Shown piece after piece: positions 1 through 12,141 of a stretch of DNA of 35,672 nt. Under the pieces are notes generated by a model. It did not search any database, was not told the DNA's origin, and saw only the letters and a list, made by a program, of their open reading frames with translations. A program made the translations under genes and the position numbers. Each line of letters begins with the position of its first letter. Within the stretch, counting starts at the first letter, position 1. Source of the stretch: Intoshia linei. Lineage: Eukaryota > Animalia > Orthonectida. The stretch is taken from contig LWCA01000262.1 in the NCBI GenBank assembly GCA_001642005.1, forward strand, positions 1 to 35,672, written 5' to 3'.

Positions 1-327
1 AACATTTTACATGATTGAAAGTGGATTTAGTTGTGTAAGCAAAATATTCAAAATTCAAAAAATAGTAACAAAATTAATAGATGTCAAAGAAGAGATATTG
101 TAATCAAATTAACCAGAATTAAATCAAGAATTAAGGAGTTGGCATTTAATCACTAGGCGCAAGGATCACATAAAAATAAATTATTAAAAATTATTTACAT
201 TTTTTCCCTATTATTATTGATTTTATAATAATTATAGTTCATTTTATTATAGGTAATGTCCATTTAGAAATTTATGAATTAGGTGTAATGAGGGGAGATT
301 TGGTTTAAAAAAAGTGGAGAACCCCTG
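1..327 (+). mobile_element. 3' end of a decayed hAT (Buster/Charlie-type) DNA transposon: transposase C-terminus relic plus right TIR
   Basis: Positions 2-173 translate, with one frameshift and one premature stop, to TFYMIESGFSCVSKI.../SNKINRCQRRDIVIKLTRIKSRIKELAFNH*AQGSH. This resembles the Buster/Charlie C-terminus (Y..E.GFS...RN.L...D.R..L...P.I..L....Q...SH). The element ends in GGAGAACCCCTG (revcomp CAGGGGTTCTCC), followed by GATTAGAC, which fits the NNNTANNN Buster target site. Confidence 0.8.
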
Positions 328-599
328 GATTAGACTGTAAATACGACAAGGATAAATAGTTACACTATGCTGGGTTTTTGAGTTAAAAAAACAATACAAA
401 AAATGATAAATATGATTTAGAATAAAGTTAATAATATTGGAAAATATTTTCTATAATTTCTTCAAAAAGCTGATATAAGTCTATACCGATTAGGGAATGA
501 TATTCGATTAATCGAAAACCCCGTTAATCGCTTACAATAATCGGAGAAAAATAATCGGAAGATATTTCGAATAATCAGTGTTTCAAAAATTTATATATG

Positions 600-690
600 A
601 ATACTAAAATGCTTTTTAGACCGTGAAGTCATAACTTATTCTGATTGAAATTTTTTGTGTATGTTAACGTGTTTATATAGCTGAAACGCC
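600..690 (-). repeat. Fragment of the dispersed Helitron-like repeat family
   Basis: gaatactaaaatgctttttagaccgtgaagtcataacttatt...tttttgtgtatgttaac closely matches 3574-3645. Confidence 0.65.
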
Positions 691-1173
691 TCCTTTTAAT
701 ATACGTTTATAATTGCGACGCTCTGTAAATCGCGATTTATCAATTTCTATGGGTTATCTATCGTTCCTACTATTTCCCCTTCCTTACACTGAAAAAATAT
801 TTGAACAGACCACTCGGCAGTAAGTGAACCAATTGTGCTATAAAAACCATATTTACTAATAACGTATCATAAAAACATATTATTACTCCACATATATCAA
901 TTGTAATAGTTTTATCTTTCTATGAATTCGTTTGACATACGAGTTTATAAATGACTAACTATACAGTTTCTCAATCATGATCCATATTACCTCATACTCA
1001 AAAATTCCATTTTTCTAATGAGAACCAGGAAACACCTGCCCTATACATAATTTTTTAATAAAATACAATAAAAAATGAATTATAAATTTTAATAGCGATT
1101 AGTAATCACTTAATAAATTATTAGGCATACAATCATACATTACATTACTTTTCTTGATAAATTATATAGTACA

Positions 1174-2398
1174 TTACATTTGGATGGCATCTTTTCTTAG
1201 AGAGAGAGATTTTATTAAAATTACAGCTTCACTACGAAACTTTCCCCAATAAATCAAATTATTGGCAACATTATAAAATGGGTTGGCTGGGTCGCGCACT
1301 AATGGAGTAGGTGGTTCAAATTCTATATTTTTATATTTATCTAAATTATAGTTTGTGTCCCATTCAATTCTAAAATTATATTTATTAATATTATATACAT
1401 TGTACATTGTACGTATTTACCTTAATTCAATTTTTAGTACCAACTCGCAAAACTTTTGAATGATTCTGTATATATGGGATTTGTGTTCACTAGTTGCATG
1501 GTTTTAATTAAAATAAATTTTAACCTAGTACAATGTACGATAGAGATCCCAATGATTTAACCATGGAAACACCATCATTCAGATATAGTTACTAAGGTGT
1601 CATTAATCATGTTCTCAAATTTTATAATTTAGTTAATTTATATTGATCCACATTTTAACCCACCAATCATTGTAATTCATAAAAAATTTTATTTTTTTAA
1701 ATGTCAATTAATTTGCATTTCACGTCTTTTTGCGAATCCAGTTCAGTAACATTTAGCAATTAGTAGTGAAATAATGTAATAAAACCCTAACAGTTACTTT
1801 TTTACTGATTGTTTGTTTAGAATTGATTATACTGTTAAAGATTGGTAAAATTAATATTTTCATGCACTGTACAAAACACTATCAATGTAAGTAACTATAA
1901 AAATCTTTAAATGAATCGAAAAAGTACATTATTAAGTTTCGTAGGGAAAAAGAAATGTTCAGCCAAATACTCGACGAAATCAAGATAAATTGTCTAATAA
2001 ATGCAAACTGATTAGACGGGTAAGATGACGTTCAAATAAAATTTTTTTAGCATGTTCCGATGTGTGAAAAAAATATACTTAGCTAATCAGCCCACCATAT
2101 TAATAAGTTATTAATAATAACTAAAATAATACTACATTTTAATTTACAATTGCATTAAAATTGACAAAAATTACTTTGCACACAATTCATAAGCTCGAAC
2201 GACTAATAAACAAATTAGATACGAATTTGGTCGATAATTTGTTTTTATCCAATTAATTTTGTTTCTCCAATTTTTAACATATTTTATTGCTGTCTTTACC
2301 TATACAATTATTGTTATATGTAAAAAAATTAAATGTTTACATCTTCGTCAATGTTAAGTAGAAATTTTTTTTGTAATGTAACGATTCCTGGAGATAAT
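1174..2398 (-). CDS. OAS: 2'-5' oligoadenylate synthetase-like protein, C-terminal lobe (4 exons; 5' part unresolved)
   Basis: Exons 2398-2341, 2299-2175, 1489-1421 and 1369-1174, all GT-AG, splice in frame to LSPGIVTLQKKFLLNIDEDVKTAIKYVKNWRNKINWIKTNYRPNSYLICLLVVRAYELCANEHKSHIYRIIQKFCELVLKIELRIEWDTNYNLDKYKNIEFEPPTPLVRDPANPFYNVANNLIYWGKFRSEAVIL. This is colinear with OAS1_C motifs (FS.CF..LQ..F, K.LIRLVK.W, P..Y.LELL.V.AWE, L.I.W..YY, P.I.DPA.P..NVA, W..L..EA). The exact C-terminus is uncertain because a GT donor overlaps the stop. Confidence 0.8.
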
Positions 2399-2435
2399 CT
2401 AAATATATAAATGATGGCTACAGAATATATACTAA

Positions 2436-3165
2436 TCCTTACTAATATAAAGTAAATTATATAGTTAAAAATGATTGTCTATTTATTTATTTGTTACCAT
2501 TTATTTACAAAAATAATAAGAGTAGTTATAAGAATACCCATTTCTAATACAGTTTTTCGAGGGTGATGTTTCAACGCAAATTTTATTATCAGAAATTGAG
2601 TCCTTCAAAATCAAAAACCACAAATATCCTTTTTTATAAATTTCAAACGAGTCCTAGAATTATAAAAAATACACAATTTGATTAATATTTTAAAATCATC
2701 AACAGTATACTAAATTTCAATTTATATAAATTTTATATCTTCACGACCAAAACCACAAATAACGCTATTTTTTAAAAAATGAAAAATGTTCTAGATTTTT
2801 ATACACATAAACTGTGCGATAGTTTTTAAAATCATAAACATTATCATAGATCGCAAACCCAAAAAGATTCATTTTCACGGTCAAACTCAGATTGCCCTTT
2901 TTTTAAAAAATAAAAATAGTCCAAGAAATTTAAAAAAAATGCAGTTGATACAGTTTTATCTAGTTAACACACATAAAATTTTTCAGTCTGACCAAGTGAC
3001 GCCTTCATGGTCAAAAAAGCACTTTTGTATTCATTTTTTTTTGTTTCGAAACTATTTTAATAAAACAAAAAATTTAAAACAAATAACTGTTCTACAATTG
3101 AAAAATTGAGCTTATTCTGATACAGCTTATTCCAGTTTATAAAGATGCAAAATTTAAACCACAAA
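2436..3165 (+). mobile_element. Non-autonomous Helitron-like element with internal ~120-130 bp tandem units
   Basis: Starts A|TCCTTACTAATAT, a Helitron-type 5' TC end. The body matches 12142-12730 and the inverted copy at 3427-3963. Internal repeats of (g)tcaaaaccacaaat..ccttttt..aaa...gtcctagaatt..aaaa are visible. The 3' end is not recognised. Confidence 0.7.
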
Positions 3166-3426
3166 ATGCAAAATAAATATTGATCCTCCATTGAACGTCT
3201 ACACATTTACACTAAAAATATATGGGTAGAAATCTAATAAATTGATTCCTGCAGATTTTTTTTTCATTTTCAATACATTTTTATAATAAATTTTGTATAC
3301 AAAATTATTATGTATTACAAAACATTATTTTTGAAATTGTAGGATCAATATTTACATTTTCAATTTTTATTTTAATCAAAATTATTTGAAAAATATTGAT
3401 TGATAATATATTAACAATTATTTTTT

Positions 3427-3963
3427 ACCGGGAATGCGTAGATTTCAGTGGTTGAAATCTTGTATTTATATTAACTGGAATAATTTATCAGAATATTTAT
3501 TTTTTTTTCATTTTCGGACCGTTAATTATTTCACATTTTTTGTTTTAATAAAATATTTCGGAAAAAAATATATGAATACTAACATGCTTTTTTTGACCGT
3601 GAAGTCATCACTTATTCGGATGGAAATTTTTTGTGTGTGTTAACAGGATACAACTGTACCACCTGTAAATTTTTTAAAATTCTAGGGCTGTTTTCATTAA
3701 AAAAAAAAGGGTAATTTGGGGTTTTGGCCCTGAAGATATAATTTTTTTAAATTTTTCAACGTTTGAATTTCAAAAAGAGGGACAATTGTGGTTTTTGACC
3801 CGTAAGATATGAGTTTGCGAGGTTGAACTTTATCTTATTATATCCCCCGGAAAAAACTGTAATTGAAATGTGGATTTTATAAAATTCTAAGACGGGTAGT
3901 TATTGACATAAAGTGGAACACACACACAAACAAATATTGCGTAGCATATTATATAAGTAAGGA
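3427..3963 (-). mobile_element. Non-autonomous Helitron-like element (inverted copy)
   Basis: The minus strand begins A|TCCTTACTTATATAATATGC...TTTGTTTGTGTGTGTG, is colinear with 12142-12730, and ends at CGCATTCCCGGT. Confidence 0.75.
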
Positions 3964-4617
3964 TGAAAGGATTTTGAGACATTTTTAGAAAATATCGAAA
4001 TGCTGAGACTTCTCTAAAATTATGTTATAATCAATTATAATTGAATTACTGTTTTTCGACAAATTTAACTAAAACATTTTTTCAGTGTCCCTATATGATT
4101 TGTTAAAAATTAAATTTTAAATTTTAAAGATTGTAAAAATTATTATAAAAATGTTGGAAAAAGCTCATTTTATGGTTGGTGTAACGACTTTTTGCTAATG
4201 AGAGAATTTTTTTAGACACCTACCATTCAATGTTAAATAAATGATATAAGCCACTCACCTGGAAAAATTTCTTAAGCTGTAAATTATAATTTTAATCAAT
4301 GTCTATTATTTATTGGAATATATCCTTTAATTTATTTAATTTAGCAGTTTCTGTCAGATAAATATGGACAAGTTACAAAGCTATGCTCTGATATTGTCAA
4401 CATTATTCTGATGGAGGATTAACTGCAAATATTGCATTGAATAATAAAAAACTTTAACTTTGTAACTGAACTATCCATTTGCAATTGTAATTTAAATGTT
4501 GTTCCATTAAATTTTATTAGAGGTGTTGTTAGATACAATTGAAATTAACCAATCTCTAAGAACCGTGAAATTTGCTTATATTTATTATAACTTGGTTAAA
4601 AGTATTGATTTTAAATT

Positions 4618-7600
4618 ATGAGTCATTTTGATTTATCCAATAAATTAAAAGGTGTGGGCCCAACCATTGTACTACCCAAAAATTCTATCGATAACATTTC
4701 AGTTCTTCGCGATAAAACTGCTTTAAATGTTAATGATTCGGACACATTTTTGTTAAGATTTGCAAATACTTTTATTGAGGTAAAAATTAAAGTAAAATGT
4801 TAACATATTTAAGAAATATGACCGAGAAGAATTGCAAGAATTGCTCATGTGCCAGTCTTCAAATTGGTTGCTTTCTCAAGATGAATTCAAGTTTCCTATT
4901 GAGCAACCTGCCGGAATAATTTCGGATTTTTCTCATGAAAGTGATTTGGATGATGGTCTAGTTATTTTGTTTCCAGTTTTGAAATTTAACAAAGACCCAA
5001 AGATAATTGAAGAAAATCCAAATGATTTGTCTAACATTGAAAAATTCGATGTACGTGAAATCCATCAAATTATTAATGAACTTACTCACGCCATTTATGT
5101 TCTCAATCAAATTCCGTCTATTCAACTTCACAATGTACGTTATGGACATTTGTATTTTTCTTATTTTTTATTAGGTTTTTGATAAGAGTTCATCTGTTTC
5201 TATTCCTCCAGCCTTTTATGATACCAGAATTGGAAATATCATGATTGAAGTAGACTACATGATGAAATCTATTTGGCATGGAAGTCACTTTCCCTATGAT
5301 AAGAGAATCAAATTTTCAGAGAGGTGGAGAAAGAGCTTGGACGTAAACAAGTATGGTGTTTCTCACACCAAAAAGTCCATTGTAACCGAATTTATTAATG
5401 CAGGTATTTTTGTATCTACACTTGTACCATTTAATAACGGAAAATTTTTAGGATTGGTCGATATATCGATGGATTCTGACTATAAGAATGTGTTTGAGAC
5501 AATGTTTAATGAGAGTGAGGTGAACAATGAAACAGATGATGACATGGAATTTTTTATGAAACACGTTGATCATGTTTCGTTGATTTTAAGTTTTTATCAG
5601 GTGTGATAGACAATATATCAACCTCTTAATTTTATATTTAGAACAGTATTCGTAAATATAAGAATGCATATATAATAGACCCTGCTTCAACAATTGACTC
5701 CAAGATAAATTTAGACATGGAAGATTTAAACGAGTTTACGTATAATCGGTTAAATTCGAGACTTCAACTACAGACTCATCTTTTAAATAATCATTTAACA
5801 GATAAACGGATGATTGCGAGAAAGGTTCACTTGTTGAATTTGATATCATTTTTGACACCGTGTTTTATAAATTTACGTAAAAGACATTACATACCAAATA
5901 TATTCAATTTATTATCTAAAATGTCATCAGAAGAGTTAAAAACTGAACGTGAATTACCACCATTGATGTTGCAAAAAGGGTTTAGAGTTAACAATTTCAA
6001 ATACAAATCATATGAGTATTTTAATCTACATGGAGGTATTCAATTCGATATCGAAACCCCCGAAATACAGCATATTAATAAATCTTTTAATTTATTTTTC
6101 AATAAGCTTAATAAAGAAACTTCTTTATTCAACGAAAAGTTGCTAGAATTTCAACATCAACAAAAGGAAACAGCAAATCTTCCCATTGTTAAATTTGAAG
6201 GAAAATTGTAATCATTTATTTTCTAACGAGATTTAATGATGATTCACAAATGTTTCAATAATTTTTTAACATTTTTGGATGCTTCAAGTCAGTTCCAGGT
6301 CAATATTTCCATTTTTTATTGCATGAAAATTATATGTCAATATTTATTATTAATTTATTGGAAAATTTATTATTACTATATATTAAAAATGATACAAATA
6401 ACTCTGAAAATACGATTTTTTATCAAATTTTTAAAAGTGATGAAAGGTCTTAAAAAAATGATAAAAAAACCCTGAAAATAAGATTTTTCGTTAAATTTTG
6501 TCAAAAGTAATAAAAGGAACTTGAAAAAAAGTGGTTTTTGTTTAATTATGTCAGAAATCATAATAATATTTTAAAAAATAAAAAAACGACTAAAAATATT
6601 TTTTTAAAATTTTATCCAAAAATCATAAATTTAAAAAAATGTAGTATATTGTATACCTTGATAGTTACGTGTTTTTAAAATAATTTTTAAAAAATGATCA
6701 AATCACCCTAAAAATAAAATTTTTTATTAAATTATGTCTAAAGTAAGTAATTTTTGAAAAATTTAAAAATTATTCATTTTGAACATGTTAGAAGTTATTT
6801 TTGTACCACATATAAAAAATTTGACGGGACCGAACCTCAAAAATTTAATGAGAACATGTCAATATATAGTTTATATTATAAACCATTATTTTTAATGAAA
6901 AAATTTTAAGTGTCCAAAACACTAATTGATATATTTTAATGCCGGTTTTAATATGCACAAAATTAATAATACCCCAGTTTAAATAAGAATATTAATGTCA
7001 CATTTAGGTATTATTATTTTAAAATTGATATGGAGACGTTTTACATGCAAAGTCCACAAAAGCCAAAATGGGTTAACATTTTATCGGAAGAATTACTAAT
7101 TATGAAGAAAAAAATATTTCCAATGGATGATGGGCAATTGCATGATTATTTGAAGAAAATTGTTAATCCCAAAGTCACAAATATAAGAGTTTTTAAATAG
7201 TACACTACAATATATATAACGTGATTTAGAACTTATCTGTGGCATTGAAACTTTCTACCTGTCGGGGTATAGTATCAGTGTTTGATTCAATTTCTCATAA
7301 ATTGTCGACTGGCCGAATTGCTAAAATGGACGACAATGGTTTCAGTGCTATGCATTATGCAACAATGTATAATCAGCCTCACATCATAACAAAATTGATA
7401 CTGGCTACTGTGGATATTAATACAAAACGATCTACTGGGTTTGGTTCTGATGGTAATACTTTATATAGATTTTACATTAAACAATATTATAAGGTGCTAC
7501 TCCTCTTCATTTGGCAAGTGGTAGTGGTTCAGTAGCCTGTGTTTCTTGTTTACTTGCTAATTATGCAAACATTTTACTCAACGACAATCATGGATGGACC

Positions 7601-10600
7601 CCTATACATTATGCTGCGTATTACAACAATTTACCCGTAATTCGTCTACTTTTGCGTTCGATGGATACACTTTTGGAGATACAAACTAAAAATTCGTAAT
7701 TTTTTTCATTTTTATTTTTATAAAAACATAGACACAAATACACTCCCCTTTTATTGGCTGCGACGGCAGGGTCCATGGCTGTTGTGGAACTTTTATGTAA
7801 TTATGGTGCTTCATTGAACGTGGTGGATGGTAATGGAGACGGCATTATTCAATTGGCAGCTTTGAATATTCATACTAGTATTATTTCCCTTATCATGGAA
7901 AAATATGAATCTGTTTTGAACGTTTGGAATATATTAATTGGTAAATTAATGGGTAATTATAAAAAGTTATCAATTTATTTAGAAATGCTTTACAGTGAAA
8001 CCGAAAATCGAATAATGGCATCAATAAAGTGCTTAGAAGTTTTGTCTGTTGAATATGATTCATCCTGGAAACATCTTAAAGGCACTTATTTACTTTTTTA
8101 TGTAGTATTTTTACATATATTTTAGATGCGGTTGTTCCATTGGTGAAATTGTTACGCCACGAAAATTTTTACATTTGCAGCGTTGTTTTGTCTGTAATAA
8201 AAAATATTTCCAATGAACATGAGATCAGAAAAATAATCAGTGCAACAGATATATCCAAATGTTTAATCATTCTTTTATCTTCTAACAACGAGTTGATCGT
8301 GAGTAGGGCTGCTGTTGTCATGGTTTACCTTTATATATTTAATTAATTATTTTAAAAAGAAAAAAAATTTTTTTTTTTATTATTTTTTTTAGAGCGATTT
8401 AGCTACAGTTGCTGAAAACCGAGTTATTTTTGCTAGAGACGGTGCAGGTAAATTTCATTTGAAAGCATGTTATTGACATGGTATATTAAAAATATTTTTA
8501 GTTGATTTATTGCCATCATTGCTTATATCTGATGTTGAGGAAATTTTATCAAATGTAATTTCAGCAATTAAAAACTTGTGCATTAAAAATCCAAAGAGTA
8601 CTATTATATTGTTAATTACAAGTCAACATTTTTAGATCAAACTAAATTTATCAAAAATAATGTGATTGAACCGCTTATTGAGTTTTTAAACGTCATGTAT
8701 GGTATAGTTTTAATTTTTTTGTGTAAAATAAAATATTTGTTCATTAATTTGCATTTAATTAAATTTATAATTTTAAGTAAATTTACACGGGTCTGTTGCA
8801 CTCTGTATTGCTGAATTGGTACGGAATCATTCAAACAATCAAAGCAAGTTTTTACAGGCTGATGTCATCAAGTTTAATTTTGCATTGTTTGTTTATTAAT
8901 TTGTAAATTTAGACACATGATTATGCTTTTGAGTAAATCATTCAATATGAAAACTCAAGTCAAAATTGCTATTGCCATTGAAGCTTTAGCCCATAATAAC
9001 CCAGATTCTCAGAAAAAATTTTTAGAGTGTGATACTCCTAAACTATTGTTATTGATGATGAAGGTACAATTACCCATATTAAGACAGTGATTCTGAAAAT
9101 TCTGTTTCTTGTCATTCCTTACGAATAATTAGAAATTAAAAAAAGGACAATTGGGGTTTTTGATCCGTAAGATGTGAGTTTGGGAGGTTGAAATATATTT
9201 TTTTAACACCCCGGAACAAACTGTAATTGAAATGTGAACTTTATAAAATTCTAAGACTGGTAGTTATTGAAATAAACGATAACACACAGACAAACGAAGC
9301 ATATTATATATGTAAGGATAACTTATGGGATAGTTTTTAAAATCATAAGAATTATCGTAAATTACAATCTAAAAAAAGTACATTTTCATAATAAAACTAC
9401 AGATTACCCTTTTTTTAAAAAATGAAATTAGTCCTAGAATTTTAAAAAAATTACAGCTGTTACAGTTATATCCAGTTAACTCATTTTTATTTTTACACTC
9501 ATACACACATACACATTATAGTTAACTTTATACTCAAAAAATTTTAATCTCACAAAGTGACGCCTTCATGGTTAAAAATGTATAAAAAATTATAGGAGCC
9601 TACAATTTCCCATCTGACCCGGGCTGCTGCTGGTGCTCCACGGTTCTGCACTTAGTTAAATCGTTAATTTTTGAGTAATTAATAATTAATGTTGAATTGT
9701 ATAAACGTTCCATTGAAGAGTGGATTCATACAATCTCCCAGTTTTATACCGACTGATCGTTTATTAAAACTAACAAATTCTGTTTTTTTGTATTTGCAGG
9801 GTGGTAGATAATAATAAATTTTGTTCTACCTCTCTGAAACAATTATAGAAATACACTGTACGAGTGGTTAAATCTAATAAATTTAAATTTAGAAATGGTC
9901 CATCGAAATGAAGGAAAGGTCTGCATTAGGTTTGATTATACTTTATTTACATGTTAATATAAAAGTTATGTGTAGCTATTTGGTCATTGGCGGGAAACAA
10001 ATTATCTCAAAAAAAGTACATTGCATCCAGAATAGGGACACCTCAATTGATTGACATGACTCTAAGTACATCTCAAATTTTGCACTTTATCAGTAAATTG
10101 ATCTAGTGTCCATTTGTAAACATTAAATTAGGTTGTTTATGTATGGACGCACTATCTCAGGGAGATTTTGAAAACCAGATAAAAATAAAAAACCATGACG
10201 GCATTGGACCAATAATCAGACTTTTGAGTATGTTTAAATTATTTCTGTTAACAATGAAATAGAGATTCATCAAAATGATTCGCAGTTATTACTAACAACT
10301 GTCATCAAATTAATTGGAACACTATGCTTGGGAGTTGCTCATCGATCAAATTATCAAACTCAAAGTAAAATTGCATCTGAAAATGCAATTCAAATTTTGG
10401 TCAAAATGATGAATAGTTGTGAAAATTTCAATGTAAAAATTGAAATTAGCCACACCTTGGCTTGTATTATTATGAACAACCCTACTAATCAAATGTTTTT
10501 ACGAAAAAAAACAAATTTTAATTTGTTTTTATTATTGAACATTGTTGGTTCAGATGAAGAAGTTTTTAATCACAATGTATCATTGTATTAATTTTTTAGG

Positions 10601-11928
10601 AGACACGCATGAAGGCTGGTTTAGCATTGGCAAATTTTGCATTTAATAATACAAGATTACAAGACAGTATAATAAAAATAGGCGGCATTCCTATGATTCA
10701 TTTTGAAAAATTTTTAACGTCTTCCAATGAATTGTACAAATGTAAAGTGGCCTTTATGGTATAAATTATTTATTTTATTTTTACCTTTTTTTTATTTAGA
10801 TTGTAGTTTTAGCCAAAGTAATCAAAGGTGTAAACCAAATTGAAATCACAGCTCTAGGTTTGAAAATACTTGTAGAATCTTTAAACGGAGATGATAGTGT
10901 CGTATTAAATGCTGGTATTTTTTATATTTTTAATTAAAGTGATTGTAAATTCATTTAGCTAGCCTATTATCTAGTTTGGAACACACTAGAGCTGGTATAA
11001 CCGATGCAATTTTAACGTTGGGTGCGATGGATCTTCTTATACCAAAATTGAAAAGTATTAATGAACAGGTTTTTGAATAATCAATTAATTCAAGACCATG
11101 TGTCATTTTGCATTTTATTAGCAATGTTTTATAAAATTAATGCAGATTCGTTCAGCTGTGGCCATTTGCTTGGGGTATATGACCTTCAATCGAACAGCTT
11201 CCCGAAAATTACTCAGTTATTGTCGCAATTCAAAATTTTTGTATAGAAAAATTATGTCAAATATCGGACCTGACCCGAAAATTTCAAAAAACTTTATCAA
11301 CGAATATGAAATAGCCCAAAAGATCGGTATTCCTAGTTTAAGGTAATGATGTAGTTCAAATTGACATTTTATTTATGCATCTTTAGCCTGGAAATTAATG
11401 GTGGACCACCAATTCGACATTCAGCGTATATTAAACACCATGGTATACTTACGTTTACTTTTTATTCGGTTTGTTGGTTACGATAGTTTTAATTCCATTT
11501 ATTATAGTAATAATAATTTGTATATGCAACCGAATTGTAGCATTTCCTAAACTTTAACCCGCGAGATAAATGATAAAACCACTAATTATAATAATCACCA
11601 TTTTCCTTTTGAAAATCATACAAACGTACATTGTACATGTGTGTGCTGTTCATTTGCTGGGCATACATTTTTTTAAATTCCTACATAATTGATTATTTTT
11701 ATGTCTTCTCGGTGGAAATTTGAGGAAATACTGGTTGCAGGTTGTCCTCCTTGTGATACAAACATTTCATTATTTATTTCAACTTAATGTAATTATTTAG
11801 TTAAAAGACCAGTTACATCGATATCTCAATACCATAAGGATGTCTATACAACCAAAAACACCAATCAGCTTTCAGAAAAACAGAAAAAAAGATTTATTAA
11901 ATCTGCCCCAGGAATCAATCAACTTTGA
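4618..11928 (+). CDS. ANKAR: Ankyrin and armadillo repeat-containing protein (multi-exon)
   Basis: The spliced translation is colinear with vertebrate ANKAR as recalled: FANTFIE|KYDREELQELL, DVREIHQIINEL..IYVLNQIPSI, PPAFYDTRIG..IEVDYMMKSIWHG, KTERELPP, YFNLHGGIQFDIETP, ankyrin repeats (GATPLHLA, GWTPIHYAA, TPLLLAA), ARM repeats, GVAHRSN, HTRAGI, LGYMTFN, GIPSLSLEINGGP. The predicted last exon is 11801-11928 and ends in TGA. There are more than 20 mostly short introns. Confidence 0.93.
9135..9580. mobile_element. Two back-to-back Helitron-like fragments in an ANKAR intron
   Basis: 9135-9318 is a minus-strand 5' end (A|TCCTTACATATATAATATGC). About 9325-9580 is a plus-strand internal fragment (gtcctagaatttt...ccagttaac...aagtgacgccttcatgg). 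Confidence 0.7.
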
Positions 11929-11991
11929 TATTTTTATAATACATGTTCTTTTTGTTTATATTAATTTACATTTGTGGTTCTTAATCTAAAT

Positions 11992-12120
11992 CAGTGGTTC
12001 CAGACTGTGGTCAAAAACTATATGCCTGAACTCCGTGAAATTCAAATATTTATTACAGAATTGCCAGATGTTGGGAATTTATCTTAAAGCCTAGAGCAGA
12101 GGTGGGAAAGTGCGGCCTTC
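11992..12120 (+). mobile_element. Cluster of orphan DNA-transposon left ends (hAT-like)
   Basis: CAGTGGTTCCAGACTGTGG at 11992 is preceded by ATCTAAAT, and CAGAGGTGGGAAAGTGCGGCC at 12097 is preceded by GCCTAGAG; both 8-mers fit NNNTANNN. A CAGAATTGCCAGATG motif lies between them. No matching right ends were found. Confidence 0.45.
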
Positions 12121-12141
12121 TGAACAATTTGAATTATTTTA

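Noticed and set aside
490-580. Repeated TAATCG motifs after TAGGGAATG
   Set aside because: They resemble a hAT subterminal region, but no partner end or TSD was found, so the call is not supportable.
740-1045. Minus-strand exon-like segments downstream of the OAS-like stop
   Set aside because: Splice-like signals are present, but no consistent open frame or recognisable homology could be assembled.
2600-2960. Regularly spaced repeats as a CRISPR array
   Set aside because: The context is eukaryotic, the units are long degenerate tandem repeats without unique spacers, and there are no cas genes.
3434-3643. 69-aa ORF in the ORF track
   Set aside because: It lies wholly within the Helitron-like repeat, has low-complexity F/I/K/N composition and shows no recognisable domain.
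11553-11760. TTAACCC plus a minus-strand Cys-containing stretch as a piggyBac relic in the last ANKAR intron
   Set aside because: The similarity is too fragmentary and there is no matching second terminus.
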